A DNA stretch of 64,000 nucleotides from Phoronis australis (taxonomy: Eukaryota > Animalia > Phoronida): positions 67,765 through 131,764 of the forward strand of contig NMRA01000010.1 of the NCBI GenBank assembly GCA_002633005.1, in the 5' to 3' direction. How positions within the stretch are numbered: the stretch's first letter is position 1; each line of letters starts with the position of its first letter. Shown here piece after piece: positions 36,801 through 47,843 of the stretch. The notes under the pieces were generated by a model. The model saw nothing but the letters and a program-made list of their open reading frames with translations, made no database searches and was not told the DNA's origin. The translations under genes and the position numbers were made by a program.

Positions 36801-38640
36801 TATAGAGGGACAAAGGGACATTTCCCCGAACTGCTCCATCGAGATAGGGTCCCGTCTGAAATGGGACACCTTAATTATGAAATCCTAAAAATCATTAGGC
36901 TTGGAAAAAAGTGACAGTGCATTCCACCGTCGTGTGGTCACAAGACGGTGCAGGAAGTGACCTTCCTCCGTATGAAAGTTGGTTGCACGAGTTCACGAAA
37001 AACAGGAAACTAGACGTAATCGAGTCCAACCTTAGGTCCTCTCTCCGTGAGTGGACTCTTAAAAATTTGTCAATAAAAACATAAAAAGGTGGTCACTTGA
37101 ATGTCATCAATGACTTTCTTTAAGGGTGGGGCCCTTCAATATGAAAATATCTATATTTTGAAAAATCAAGAAATGTGCAGTAATTGATGATATCTGTCTG
37201 ATCATCAATTTTTCTCAAGTGATATACAATTCGAGAAAAAAACTACAGTTGTCTCCGTTATCCCTTGCCAGGGAGGGGCCTCTGGAAAAATGTGGTTTTG
37301 CAGTCGCAAAGTTGACTTATTGAATTAAAAAATTCAGTAAATTTGTACACTCCGCTAAAGCTTCCCTTTACAATTTTTTTCGATTTTGCGAAATATCTGC
37401 ATGAATCAATACGTGCACGTTTTCAAGTGTGTTTAGATGACCTGTGTTACGAAAGCGGAGACCCCAACAACAATGTCCTGGCCAGGGTCCTCAAAAGGTA
37501 AACGATGCACTGATACTGAGTTGTTATATGTCCTCTTGAATTTTCTCTCTTATCCGCATTTAGCAGTCATTCTTTTCTCGACTGTTCCTGCCCCTCGCGT
37601 ATGTCGGTTGCCACGGATTAACCCTGCGCCTGAAAATTATTGGGGGGTCCGTGCCCTCCAGCCCCCCGCTTCCTATGGCCCTGATCCTGGTTGTATCAAC
37701 AACGTACTCCGCAGGCACATTACATAAATACATGTAAAATATGGCAGATTGGTGCAATAACATCAACAACAGTTCGACACAAGCACTATTTTATTGCTAG
37801 AAAAGTTAGGCTAAACTTGAAATATTTCTGGTAATATGATTATCTAAGTTTGGCAGATTCTGGCGGAGTTTCGTCGAAACTCTGCCTCCGATACCACCCT
37901 AAGTCCCTGCATATACTCTAATTTCTTTGAGATCACGTACTGTATATGTTGCTTGTTCAACTAGTAGTAAATTTGGACAGATCCACCATACTTCGGTCGT
38001 GCCGCTTGACAAGGCAACTTGGGAAAATCGTCGTTGAGTTCCACTCTCTAAAGCCTTAAAGGCTTGTGTCAAAATTCACATACTGTGATTTTGTTATGTG
38101 TTTCCGGTGATCATGGGCGGAAGGCGCTAATTTTGCTGACGGAAATTCATCGGTTGTTCGGAAAACAAACATTCAGGTAGATTTGCTCTATTGGTGTTCT
38201 TTAAGGATCAATAAACATATCGCAAGTTTAAAAAGGTTCCTATTAAAGTTGTAAACCGACATCAAGCACTGTCGCTTTCAACCAAAATTCTTTATAATGG
38301 GGCTGCTGCCAAACTACTCTACCCTAACCGCAGTAGGAAAGTGAACAACTGACAGCTCTCCGTCTGCGATTGCGCTAAAAGTAGACGTTTTAAGTTTTCA
38401 GTTGCCCGTTGCTGAAGTGCATTAAAGATTGGTTTTACTGTACAAATCATCCCAATATTGTCGTTTCAGTCAAAGGTCTACCCTTCGCAAGAGGAATTAG
38501 TTGATCGCTTAGATATCAATCTTCAGTGGCAGGAATTTAAGAAGGAGGCGATGAAATCTGTATTGGAAGAGTGCCAAATCGATGTTCATAAAAGATGGGC
38601 AGAACATAGTACTGTGAACAAAATCGACAAACTGACGTAG
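9331..38640 (+). CDS. CNBD2: Cyclic nucleotide-binding domain-containing protein 2-like (CNBD2/CRIS-like), 14 coding exons, about 808 aa
   Basis: join(9331-9646,10094-10203,14092-14162,15485-15671,22133-22207,24992-25083,25923-25996,27710-27855,28685-28749,29039-29177,29665-29809,32747-33441,33958-34098,38470-38640) = 2427 nt, all GT-AG and in frame. CNB motifs RVILRGG..DGIYFVLSGSV, GDKFGEED...RRSTIV..TTELLYL, FIYVIKSGEARV, GRVFGL...SLVSAGCEILQI; C-terminal YPSQEELVDRLDINLQW. Orthology versus paralogy to vertebrate CNBD2 is not established. Confidence 0.85.
9706..9853. repeat. Compound microsatellite (TG)n-(TATG)n-(TAAA)n-(TA)n
   Basis: Seen directly in the intron after coding exon 1. Confidence 0.95.
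10094..10203 (+). CDS. CNBD2: CNBD2-like coding exon 2
   Basis: CTAG acceptor; QRLHELKLKRKEARRLTRSRTPGVDDDVDSEPDDDLA; GTAAGT donor; bridges phase 1 to phase 0 exactly. Confidence 0.8.
11900..12950. repeat. 17-bp minisatellite (CATACTGTCAACATCGT)n, interrupted by a MITE
   Basis: Dozens of degenerate tandem units on both sides of 12043-12463. Confidence 0.9.
12043..12463. mobile_element. PIF/Harbinger-like MITE inserted in the minisatellite
   Basis: Imperfect TIRs AGTGCCGTTTACAC and GTCTAAACGTGACT; internal TGTAAACG and TGACACGG subrepeats; cleanly interrupts the array. Confidence 0.65.
13204..13468. repeat. 65-bp tandem repeat x4
   Basis: CATTTGA(G/T)AACTCCCAGAGATACAATTAAGG... units start at 13204, 13269, 13334, 13399. 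Confidence 0.95.
14092..14162 (+). CDS. CNBD2: CNBD2-like coding exon 3
   Basis: Poly-T/GTAG acceptor; PFERFRRAARVVRLMIHTCKVCK; GTAAGT donor. Confidence 0.85.
14565..14630. mobile_element. Tiny CATG-ended MITE (CATGGGCGGC...GCCGCCCATG)
   Basis: 10-bp perfect TIR around a G-rich core; related ends at about 25626-25798 and 57503-57580. Confidence 0.55.
15485..15671 (+). CDS. CNBD2: CNBD2-like coding exon 4
   Basis: TTGCAG acceptor; SLVYSLMDESWYQ...LEFDVGEFKKDYNKSE; GTTAGT donor. Confidence 0.85.
17806..17868 (-). mobile_element. Extremely 5'-truncated LINE insertion with 12-bp TSD
   Basis: GGTGTTCGTTGT duplicated at 17794-17805 and 17869-17880; A-rich tail on the minus strand; core identical to the LINE 3' end at about 58866-58914. 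Confidence 0.85.
18374..20038. mobile_element. Non-autonomous Kolobok-like DNA transposon, copy 1 (THAP remnant)
   Basis: TTAA on both sides; TIRs GGAGAGTGCCACC and GGTGGCATTCTCC; minus-strand THAP zinc finger MA*CIFPACANYEAARKAGVSYFRFPRKPEMLRKWLAAV...RVCDRHF at about 19665-19870; homologous to 29992-31614. Confidence 0.8.
18964..19219. mobile_element. MITE nested in Kolobok copy 1; 13-bp TIR CATGCGCGCACCC, 5-bp TSD AAAAG
   Basis: Absent from paralogous copy 2 (about 30729-30747); related copy at about 35067-35328. Confidence 0.8.
20889..20950. repeat. 16-bp tandem repeat (TCAAATTGTTCCTTAA), about 4 copies
   Basis: Seen directly. Confidence 0.85.
22133..22207 (+). CDS. CNBD2: CNBD2-like coding exon 5
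   Basis: TTTCAG acceptor; DLLTDEVKEILQLRPTARNKQQVND; GTAAGT donor. Confidence 0.85.
24992..25083 (+). CDS. CNBD2: CNBD2-like coding exon 6 (start of CNB domain 1)
   Basis: AVKCLKKINQEFRALPLEQQRKIAECSFYD; AG/GTAAGC boundaries. Confidence 0.85.
25923..25996 (+). CDS. CNBD2: CNBD2-like coding exon 7
   Basis: FLQQRVILRGGLPPDGIYFVLSGS (CNB beta strands); GGCAG acceptor, GTAAGT donor. Confidence 0.9.
27710..27855 (+). CDS. CNBD2: CNBD2-like coding exon 8 (phosphate-binding cassette of CNB1)
   Basis: VEKGTNIKDPQEFRAGDKFGEEDLTCGCSRRSTIVTQTTTELLYLHKE; TTGCAG acceptor, GTAAGC donor. Confidence 0.9.
27839..28184 (+). repeat. 68-bp tandem repeat x5 spanning the exon 8/intron junction
   Basis: Units start at 27839, 27913, 27981, 28049, 28117; each holds TGTATCTG(C/T)ATAAAGAG followed by G(T/C)AAG. 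Confidence 0.95.
28685..28749 (+). CDS. CNBD2: CNBD2-like coding exon 9
   Basis: DYMEIFNMAVDSTDPKNLDIC; TTTAG acceptor, GTGCGT donor; phases fit both neighbours. Confidence 0.8.
29039..29177 (+). CDS. CNBD2: CNBD2-like coding exon 10 (CNB domain 2, N-part)
   Basis: KDIVFSHYPMQKL...GRLIVKDSNNMEFIYVIKS; TTTTAG acceptor, GTTGGT donor. Confidence 0.85.
29665..29809 (+). CDS. CNBD2: CNBD2-like coding exon 11
   Basis: GEARVIKHLHAG...FVSERSH; CCAG acceptor, GTACTT donor (phase 1). Confidence 0.8.
29992..31614. mobile_element. Non-autonomous Kolobok-like DNA transposon, copy 2 (THAP and YQFEP-type remnants)
   Basis: TTAA flanks; TIRs GGAGAATGACACC and GTGGCATGCTCC; minus-strand THAP remnant from 31450 (MPLFCGASVPACPNYEAVKKAGISFFRIHREPEMLRKWL); plus-strand SSSEEDF..GYQFEPGYTDQEILERRR at about 31049-31224. 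Confidence 0.8.
32380..32602 (-). mobile_element. tRNA-derived SINE or tRNA pseudogene head
   Basis: Minus strand GGTTTCGATGACTCAGTGGCTAGAGCG...GGATTCGAGTCCCGGTCGGGGGCA (32528-32602) has A-box- and B-box-like motifs, but the cloverleaf is imperfect. The 3' extent is approximate. Confidence 0.7.
32747..33441 (+). CDS. CNBD2: CNBD2-like coding exon 12 (large polar insert, returning to CNB2)
   Basis: Within the 290-aa ORF; TTTTCAG acceptor; ends PPFVQLESLHAGRVF; GTAAGT donor. Confidence 0.9.
33958..34098 (+). CDS. CNBD2: CNBD2-like coding exon 13
   Basis: GLRSCLPVEERGPMASLVSAGCEILQINKNFFCRHLDENLTNLIKFK; GCCAG acceptor, GTAAGC donor. Confidence 0.9.
34200..34355. mobile_element. hAT-family MITE with 8-bp TSD
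   Basis: TIRs CAGTGCTGTAGTGG and CCACTACAGCAGTG; GACAACAT duplicated at 34192-34199 and 34356-34363. Confidence 0.9.
35067..35328. mobile_element. Second copy of the CATGCGCGCACCC-type MITE
   Basis: Shares GGGGGCTCGAA..CCCATTT..GTGGGCAAAAA and the GGCTGGGTGCG(T)GCATG end with 18964-19219. Confidence 0.7.
36710..37118 (-). mobile_element. Dispersed repeat (probable DNA-transposon end), inverted homologue of about 57205-57710
   Basis: Collinear blocks such as AAGTGACCACCTTTT, TTTTTATTGACAAAT, AATGATTTTT, AGATTCCAAA and CGTGCACAGCACAG shared in opposite orientation; ends at TTAA/TTGA. Confidence 0.65.
38470..38640 (+). CDS. CNBD2: CNBD2-like terminal coding exon 14
   Basis: TTTCAG acceptor; SKVYPSQEELVDRLDINLQWQEFKK...KLT*. 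Confidence 0.85.
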   Translation, partial: SKVYPSQEELVDRLDINLQWQEFKKEAMKSVLEECQIDVHKRWAEHSTVNKIDKLT

Positions 38641-38897
38641 TTCTAGTGAACAAGCTAATTGCATCCAATTATCTCAGTTTTACGGCGTGTCTGATGTACG
38701 GATAAAGAGCTGTACATAGACCTACCTCAATCAAGTACAGTATGCATGCCGCTTGCATGCAAAGCGTCGTGTATCGCTTTTCTATGTTTTAGGTGCTGTC
38801 TTAACGCATGGTCATGCTCAGCCTTTGCTTATCCTGTGTGCCCAACGAATTTATGAATACGGTGTCCGCACCAAGTTGTTGTGACTTGCTTTCAGTA

Positions 38898-38903
38898 AAT
38901 AAA
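38898..38903 (+). terminator. Candidate polyadenylation signal AATAAA
   Basis: First AATAAA I found downstream of the stop codon (about 260 nt). Confidence 0.4.
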
Positions 38904-41900
38904 TAATACTTCGTTATACGCATTAAGAATGTATCGAACCCGAACTTACATGTACACTAGTAAAATTCAAGGACATAAACAAAATGTACGCGCAATTTCA
39001 AAATTTTCTTTACAGTGTAATTCTACTGTTTGAAAGTGTGACGCTTTTTTCTGTGTTTGCCTAGTAATGCTCGTTTACTATAACAATGGATCACTCGTTG
39101 GCCATATTGGTACCAAGGAAAGCGACGGTGTATTTATAAATTAATTGTGCGTATTTTTAACAAGTTCTCAACGTAATTTCAACAATTTTAGTAAATACCC
39201 GAGCAAAACATACCTGCCAAGAATAGTTGTAATACTTGGCTTCTTTAGGGTACTGAATTACTGCTGTGTATTTTTTTCATTTGTCATGTTATGACAAATA
39301 AGAGCATTGAAAAGATGTGTTCGTGACTTCAGGTCCACAATGCAGGGAAAAAGTACTGTAATGCCTAGTCATGTTGCCCCTATATCAGTAGTTATTTCAC
39401 GTTTGGAAAACATTTTTTCGCTATGTAACTACTGATCAAGATAGTTATTGCACGGTCGTATCATCACAAACTGGCATGACTGATGGACTGAAGTGTAAAT
39501 GTGGTCTATTGTACGGACAAATCGGTGCTTAAAACTTAGGTTCAGGAAATGTGAAGCCTAGCTAGAAGCTGTTGCGCCTTTTCGGAATGCATCTTTCTAC
39601 TGTCGATGACTTTTGTCTACGATAGTGTCCTGTATTCATACAGTATGAATAACACACCTGTTAAATCGGCCAGATATGTGTTAATTGTACATGTATTTTC
39701 TTCAAGCACGCGGCTATTAAACATCACTGCAGAAACGAAATAGTTGCTGCGACGCCACTTGCATGACAAGGCTAAAAATCGTTCACAGTCCGCCATTTTT
39801 CACGGTGTTGTAAAGCTAACTAATGACTGCCGAGGTTACATCGACTAATGCTAAAGCGCGTGCCACTGCTTGGTGATACCTGCACGCTGGCTGGGCTAAG
39901 CACGCAGGGAACCAACGACTTGGTGAACAGGCCGGTTCAGCGACACTAGAGATCCCATGATTCCATAATGCGGACGGGGGGGGGGGGGTCAACTTACTGG
40001 TACAAACAGCGTTTTAAAAATCTTTCCTGCTGTCATCATGCCGGAAAATTTCCACTCAGTGCGGTGGGGTGTGCTAATGACTTACGGAAAAAGGCAGACC
40101 TTTTGGACTATTCATGGATGAAGGATATCATATGTTCTAAACATCTCCTTCTGCAAAAACTAGAATCTGCTGCTAGGAAGGCTTCTATGACAGTGCCCAC
40201 CGTGTCTAGTGGCCAGCTAGAGTCGGTGGTCACTGCCTATGGCTGCGACTGATAAATGGGTCTGTAAGCAGAATTTCGATCCCAGCCCATGTCATGAAGT
40301 TTGAATAAATTAGTTAACATAACAATTGAAAAATGTGTGCTGTGCTATCTGATAACCACTAAAAATACGGCTGACTGAACACCTTTCATAACCAGAGTCC
40401 TTCCCTCTCATGCTCTCTGATGTCAAATTCCGTGGTATTTTGTTTCAGTTGTTGGTTTACTTCATGTTATTATATAACTGTTTTCCTTCTGTATGCAAAA
40501 ACATAACAGTTAAAACTGCATTCCCTTCACTGAGTATAAAGTACAAAAACTTAATTCATAAAATTGTAGTATACAAGTTTCCTTGTGAACATTGGATATC
40601 TGTTGGCATCACAAAACCCAAAAGAAGAAAACAGTGCTAACTGGTCCTTCCAAATTTTGGCTTCTTCAATTCATTCGCAGGTTATCTCTCCACTACTCAA
40701 TATTGGAACTGATTCCATTTTGGCAAGTGAATATTCAAACTCAGTGCGATAATGAAAATTAGTTTTTTTGTTTAAAAAGCTATAGAAGAGTCCTGGGGGA
40801 AGAGTCCACTTTCACAAAATCACGTTCCAGATAAAACCCTTAGTTGAATATTACTTTACAAATATTCTATGCAATTTTGATGTTTACAACCTATCCTTTT
40901 TATTTAGAGGATGCTCAGACACTGGAAGTGAGAAATGCACATTAGGTCTTAATGACCATGCCTGCCTACTTTCTTAATCATAAATACCACTTGTCAAAAA
41001 ACTGTAGAGAACACGTCAATTGAGTCGAAATGGAGAGCACAGTGTGCTGCGATTGAAAGTGTTGGAGTCCCTTTTGATTACATTCAAGAAGCCTGCTTTG
41101 AATGCGCAGCAAACGGGGTCATGCTGCACTTGTTTGCGCGTCCATTTGTCAGTCTCGTGCAGTATCCCACACCTGCAGTAACGTCCCATTGGGTATTTTA
41201 TTAGCTTTTGCTCTGTGGTGGTATTATTGCGTCATTTTGTTTCCACTTGAGAATGAAACGAGTACGTTTCGAAATATCATTTGTCTTATAATCATGTCTC
41301 TTGGTCAGTTTCATTACCAGTGTTCTGTTGAGTGTCGAGCTTTGTTCCGAGGATGCGAGCGAAATAAAGATTGTTATCAGCAACAAGTGCCGTGTAAAGA
41401 ATTAATTTTGCATAGTCATAAATATATTTAGAAGTTGCCCTACAATGTACTTTTAGCCTATGGTACTAGTGACAGCAAGTTTTTGACACTCAGGTTTTGC
41501 AAATGATATGTCAATGTCAGTGAGCCTTTGCCCCCCCCCCTTCCCTGGAACAAAGCTGTGTCAATTACACAAATATTTATTGTGTAAATTTGTTACAATT
41601 CATTTTTGTTGGTTAATACTTGTACTTATGATTATGAGCTGATTCGTACTGTACTGAATACTGAGCAAACACTGATCCTACTTGCAACAAAAAAATCATC
41701 TGATGCGACTGTAACTGTAAGTGTAAACTGTCGGAATCATCTTGTGAATGTTTTAAGTGACATGGCAGAGAACAATATACGCATTTTATTTTTACATGTC
41801 TTATAATCTCCAAAAATCAAGCAATTCGACTCATTACTTAACCAAATCTTGAAACGGTCACACCGTAGAACCGGAAGTTTTCTATCCTGCGTGTGCAGCA

Positions 41901-43519
41901 CCCTCTCATCGTTAGTGCTTATGTCCCTTGGTCCCTGACATGGTCAACGCGGTCTAACGGGAGTTAGCAGTCCCTATCTATAGTCTATGATGGCATTTTC
42001 CCTAGAATGCTCAACTGGTTAATGTTAGATTGTACAATGTACATGTACGATAACCTGTCAACCGCAAAGCTGTCCAACCCTTGCACTCAGTAACATTGTT
42101 CACTGATAGCGTATAACTAAACAAATACTGCTTTTGGCTTCGTTCCTGTCTCAACGTGGCATAGTNCCTGGGCGCTTATTAGAGCGAATACGGTAGCCCT
42201 AATAGATGGTGACATCAGTGCACGAAACGATGATTTTTATTTAAATTAGCAGCAAGTTTGTGGTGACTGGCACCAACGGCCGGGTGACCGAACTTCGGGC
42301 TTGGCGAGTAGATTTTCTGGCTCCGGCACTCGCCCAGCTGGCGAGCAGGGTTTTTCAATTCAAGACTAAAAGCCTGGGTATATCCCTGACTTCCACACTT
42401 TTTCAAAAGAGGGAAAACTACTAAGGAATGGCTGAGGAGGGTAAAAGTCTAGTTGCCGTAAGTATTGGTATGTGTTTGGAGATCGATTCAACATCAGACA
42501 ACTTGATTTTTGGTAACGTTGATAAGTCTTTTGACCACAACACCTTGCAGGACGATGCCATGTTTGTCAAGGCGCCTCGTTTTCGATCAACACGACAGCA
42601 GCGCCCCGCGTTCGTGAAAGAGGTGAATAGTCTATGATGGCATTTTCCCTAGAATGCTCAACTGGTTAATGTTAGATTGTACAATGTACATGTACGATAA
42701 CCTGTCAACCGCAAAGCTGTCCAACCCTTGCACTCAGTAACATTGTTCACTGATAGCGTATAACTAAACAAATACTGCTTTTGGCTTCGTTCCTGTCTCA
42801 ACGTGGCATAGTGAAGTTAACTGTGAACTCTTCGGATTTATAGAATAGTGAAGTTGACTGTGAACGCTTTGGATTTATAATAAAGTGAGCGCTTACGGTC
42901 AGACATACATGTAGATGCTGGGAGTCTGAAGATCATCGGACATTTGAACGTGAGTATAAGATAAAAAAACAGACCTACTGAAATACTGAACTGAAATTTC
43001 ATACAAAAATGCAGGTTTTTGCAGATTGTTATGAAATCCCCTAGACCCTCAAACTCCACCACCCCCTCGACCCACAACCGTCTCGATCCACGACCCTCAA
43101 CCCCCTCGACCAGACTACACAAGCTCGACTCGATCTGAACATAGAACAAGCGCTGATTTGTACTGCAGGACCAATGTGTTAGGCCGTGAGCTCGTCTGGC
43201 TTTTCCCTGTTTTTTTGCAATTAAGGCAGTCGATTCTGCAAGTTTGAAAGCCAAAATTAGAAAAAAACAACGCGACCCGACCAAATCAAATCATAGGCAA
43301 CACGTAGCCCCTCGGTTGGCCGGTTACTTCCCATCGCTTTCGGTACGAATTTCATCCCGTACGTGTATTTTAAACAGGCGATAGGACAAATCGTATTAGG
43401 ACTTTTCATCTCGTCAAAAATACATTCCAGACTCAAAACAATCCCTTAAAAAAAGCGCTTACTTTCTTCAGTGGTCCTTTTTACTTCTACCTTCGATGAA
43501 GCTTAGTTACGAGAATTAA

Positions 43520-45478
43520 GGTAGGGGTATACACTGGTCAAATCTCCAGTTTCCTATCTTAAATAAGTATAAAGGTGGTCTTAACTCGTTAGAAATGACT
43601 CTGAAAGTGACAAAAATCGAAAAAAATTTTTTATTGTAGTTCGTTTTTTTTAAAAAATCGTATTTTTTATTTTTCAAAAAATCCAATTTTGCCTCGATTT
43701 TTTTCATCAACTGTTTCCTTACGCAATATTCTACTTATACATACCAAATATACGTACAAAATCATTACGATCTTGATTTTGTGGCTTTTTTGCGTGTGAG
43801 TTGGGGCAAGCACGCCACTTTCTGTCATTTGGTCACTTTCCGTCGAATAACTAAAAATCTGGTCCATGTATCAAAAAACCCTGGCACGTGAATTTGCTTC
43901 AGTCCTAGAGGATTTCAAATTTGCAAATTTCGTAAAAATTGACCCTCGTGTTGCGGAAAAATAGGCCCGAGAATCTTGTCACTAACGTGAAATCACGAGC
44001 CGAGAAAAACAGACTTGAAGTTAAGCCAGCTTCGATTGCAACTTGAGGTCAAAATTCGTTCAGAATGCGCGGTCATTATGTTCCAATTTTTGTTGATGTA
44101 CTAGAAATAAAGCTGATACTTACTTCATGTTTAGAAAATGTGACATTATTGTTTCTTTATAGCGTAATTTTAATCATTTTTGCGAACTTGTGGAGCACGA
44201 CAGGCGACCAAAACCAACATGGCTGTTACGTGGGCGGAGCTTAGCGTTGATCTATTGTCTGCTGTATTGGTGTGCCGACCACATATCATTAAAACCATGT
44301 GTTGATTGTTTATGCGACTCATCTGATTTCTCCACTCAGAGTGGTTAAAGACTCTCTAACTGTATTACATAGACCTATTTGTTAGTATTCCAATATTAAA
44401 TGTAATTACCATCTCTTCATCAACCATTATATGTGTTATATCAAATCGCCGCGATACTGTCTACATAACAATATTGGCGACGAGGATAAAAAACTACTTT
44501 CATCGTAATGGTTCAACATTTTCACGTGCCTGTACCGCCAACATTTTGGGATGAGAAAAGAGCACTTTCAGCACAAATAGCGTCGCTTGGGTGATATTCT
44601 CAAGTTACCAAAGTTTCTTATTATTGCTTTCCACTGAAATCGTATAATATCATGAGTTTTAATTCAGGGATACGTTTGAATCGATGCACGAGAGCAATTT
44701 TATTATGTTGAACACTAGGTCATTTCTCAAATTCGTTGGGTTACGGCCGGCGGCAAGTTAAAAAATCCCCTCAGAGTTTGGCAGCCTAGTTTCTCCATGG
44801 CGCGTTCCTAGCACAGAAGCACGGTTTATCTCCAAAAACTCTACTCTGACGGCATGTAGTTGTCTCGCGCGCGGCGTGTCTTCACAGCGCGTGCACGCAC
44901 TCTCGATCCTCGAGTCGTGCAACACCACCACGTCGACGCTCAGCGTCCTCTCGCAAGCCACCTCGCCTTTCTGACTTCTCTTGCACACGCACAATTTCTG
45001 CACTGACTCCTCAAGCTAAGTGCAGTGATGGCTTCGGTAGAATTTGGCGTACTCAACTTAATTTTTTTGCAGATGGACAAACAGGCTCAGGTTCGCAACA
45101 GGAGCTAGTTCACCATTACACCACCAACTTTCACATGGTCAAAAATAGAATTATTTTATTTTTGGCCTTGCTACAACATCAATATCAGCTGGCGGGTACA
45201 GCATTCTCGATTGCCCGGTTACGCAATGTTTGTTGACAGGGTTAGATTAGAGCTAGTGTCCTGGTATAAGTTCCGCCCCACTTGTCAGTCACTGAGCTGG
45301 TGAGCACTCAAGCCATATGACTTACTGAAGCTTGGTCAAATATAATTATAAAAACAACTTTGGATTTTCAGATTGGTTTTATTTTTCTTCAGTATACTGT
45401 GCATCAAGAATTGAAGATTAGGATGACATAAAAATTTAAAAAACAGTCAAAATTATTTTTTTTGTGTATCCACCTACC
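43520..45478. mobile_element. Non-autonomous Kolobok-like element, second family
   Basis: TTAA then GGTAGGGGTATACAC ... GTGTATCCACCTACC then TTTA; imperfect 15-bp TIR, about 2 kb, no intact ORF. Confidence 0.65.
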
Positions 45479-45599
45479 TTTAGGTGACTTTGGCGTTGAA
45501 ATCCAACTCCACTTTTTTGTCACCGTTAACTTTTCCACCAGGCGCGCGGCAACCATAAAGTATTTCAACTGAGTCACGTGAGTTAGTCAAAGGCTAACT

Positions 45600-45785
45600 C
45601 GTGACGCGCCAGCGGCGTGTGACGCCGGCGCATGACTCTGGCGCGTGACACTGGCGTGTGACGCTGGCGCCTGATGCTGGCACTTGACGCTGGCGCGAGA
45701 CGCGCCAGCGGCGCGTGACGCTGGTGCGTGACGCTGTCGCGTGATGTTGGCACTTGACGCTGGCGCGTGACGCTGGCGCCTGAGA
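45600..45785. repeat. GC-rich minisatellite (TGACGCTGGCGCG)n variants
   Basis: Seen directly; source of the three spurious minus-strand ORFs at 45583-45917. Confidence 0.9.
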
Positions 45786-47725
45786 CTTGCAAATAGCATG
45801 GGAAGCGAAGGGTGTATTTTGATTACTTTCCTCGAGTCGAGAAAGCGAGCGAAGGAGAGCATAATGGAGTCTCAAACCAACGAGATTGATTTGACTAAGT
45901 TGAGTTGATATATACACACCAGTAGGAAGGTGAACACCATTGGGAGGGGGGACGGGGGCTAACTAATTCATTTGACAAATTGCCTCCAAACTTTTAAATT
46001 CCTCTTTTTCGCCTCCACCTCCGCCCGCTAGTTGTCGTTAGTTTTGCAACCCCGCCATAGGCATTAGAACTTTACTGTTTAGGGGACAAAACTCGGGGAG
46101 GCAGCCACCAGAATACCCATGTCAGTGGCAGATCTAGGATATTATAAGGGGGCCCAACATTTTGTTTCGGGCAATAGCGCAAAGCACGATTGCATGCTGA
46201 TCTAATGTTCAAAAGAAATACTATTCTAGGGTTGGGGAGGGGAGGGGGTGGGGGTAAAAATGCCAGTATGGTTACAAAACATCGCAATTCATTGTCCTTG
46301 TTTCTTTAAAATCTATCACTCATTTTTGGGTCGTGTGTCTTTCTTCAAACGAACATGCTAGGTGTTTTCCGTCGATTGATTTTGAACAAAAGATTCTACA
46401 TGTGCTTCCCCTCTCGAATAGTTGACAGTGGACGATAGTGGGTAAAGGCAATCGTCCGGACGGTCCCTACAGCGAGGGGACCCTGCTGTCTAAATGGAAG
46501 TCCATTAATACATACATGTACGTACCAAATATTGATAAAGTATGACTAAGGACAGGATGCAAAGTTATTAGTTAAGAAAGACAGGGGTCAGGGGTCATCC
46601 AATGGCAGTAGCAGGATAGAGAGTGAGATACAGGTTACACGGAACAGTTAGGGTGCAACCGCGGCCAATTAGGGCCGTGGCCAATTTGCCGTAGGGTTAC
46701 GAGGCAGTTTTGAAATAGGCGTTGCGTATAAGCTCAAAACAATGTCTGGTCTTTTTTTATTTGTTAACCATTGGAAATGAGAAAAAAGACCCTTGTTGGG
46801 CTGTAGATGCACTTTTCTTCAAGATGGCACCCCCTGTTGCTTTGTGCATTGCTGAGTAGCGACTGAGGAAGCGCCATTTCTGGTAGCCCTCAAACAAGGC
46901 AGAACTGCAAACAAGCTACTTGGCTGACAGTACCTTTGGACGATATTTTTGGAGTCTGTAGGAAATTGGTTTTTTTTGAACACGTTGACTTATTTAGCCC
47001 ATCGGCACGGAAGTGGTGGTTTTGGGGTGAAAAGTGTTAATTTTGTGTTTTTGCATCTTTTTTCTTAGTCTATCTTGATGTATTGAATAATGTGATGATA
47101 TCTGTGGCCATCAAAAGCCTCTTACGGAGAATTCACAGTATGTATTATTGATGTTTGTTATGAATATCTTTGACTTAAAGGTAATAAAACTAAGCTTGTT
47201 TGGCTTTCGAATTAGAGTTCGTAAAATAGTCGGCAGAAAAAATACAAACAGTTTGTCTTGATATTTCTGAAAATATGGTCACATATATGACTGCTCTGTC
47301 GAAACAACGATGACCTTGTATTTGAGAGGTCTAAATCACTATGACTTTAGACTGTCATCTAATATTTTAAAAGTGTTTTTACCCAAGAACACAAACAAGC
47401 GAACCCAGTGCCGTCTGTAACGACGGATTTCTAGCTGAACCCAAAAAGCGAGATTACAAAACATAACTGACCTGGCAAGTTTCATGTTTAGAACAAAATA
47501 GGATTACAAAACAAGACCTCACAACGTATTTTATGTTTTATTACCACAAAACGAGATTACAAACTTATGGTTTGGCTTCGTGCTTCCTGTTCAAACGAAA
47601 CAAGAAAGAAAAGTCTCGAGCGCACCTTCTATATGTCGTTGCAAAGGCAATAAGAAAAAACGAAGCGAACGTTAGTAGGCGGGCCAAGTTCCCCATAGCA
47701 TAGGAAAATGAATTAAATACTGGAT

Positions 47726-47843
47726 TTAGCTACGATGCGTCCTCATCCCAAAGACTTCAGTGGGCCACTGAGGTGTCATGATGAGTGACTTAACACCTCA
47801 GTGGCCTTTCGAAGTCCTTGGGATGAGGATCCAACGTAGCTAA
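47726..47843. repeat. Long inverted repeat/hairpin (about 50-bp arms)
   Basis: TTAGCTACG..TCCTCATCCCA..ACTTC..GGCCACTGAGGTGT pairs with ACACCTCAGTGGCC..GAAGT..TGGGATGAGGA..CGTAGCTAA. Confidence 0.9.

Noticed and set aside
41980-42812. LTR pair of a TRIM/LTR element
   Set aside because: No TG...CA ends, primer-binding site, polypurine tract or TSD; the first copy ends exactly at an N.
45583-45917. Three overlapping minus-strand ORFs
   Set aside because: By-products of a GC-rich minisatellite lacking stop codons.
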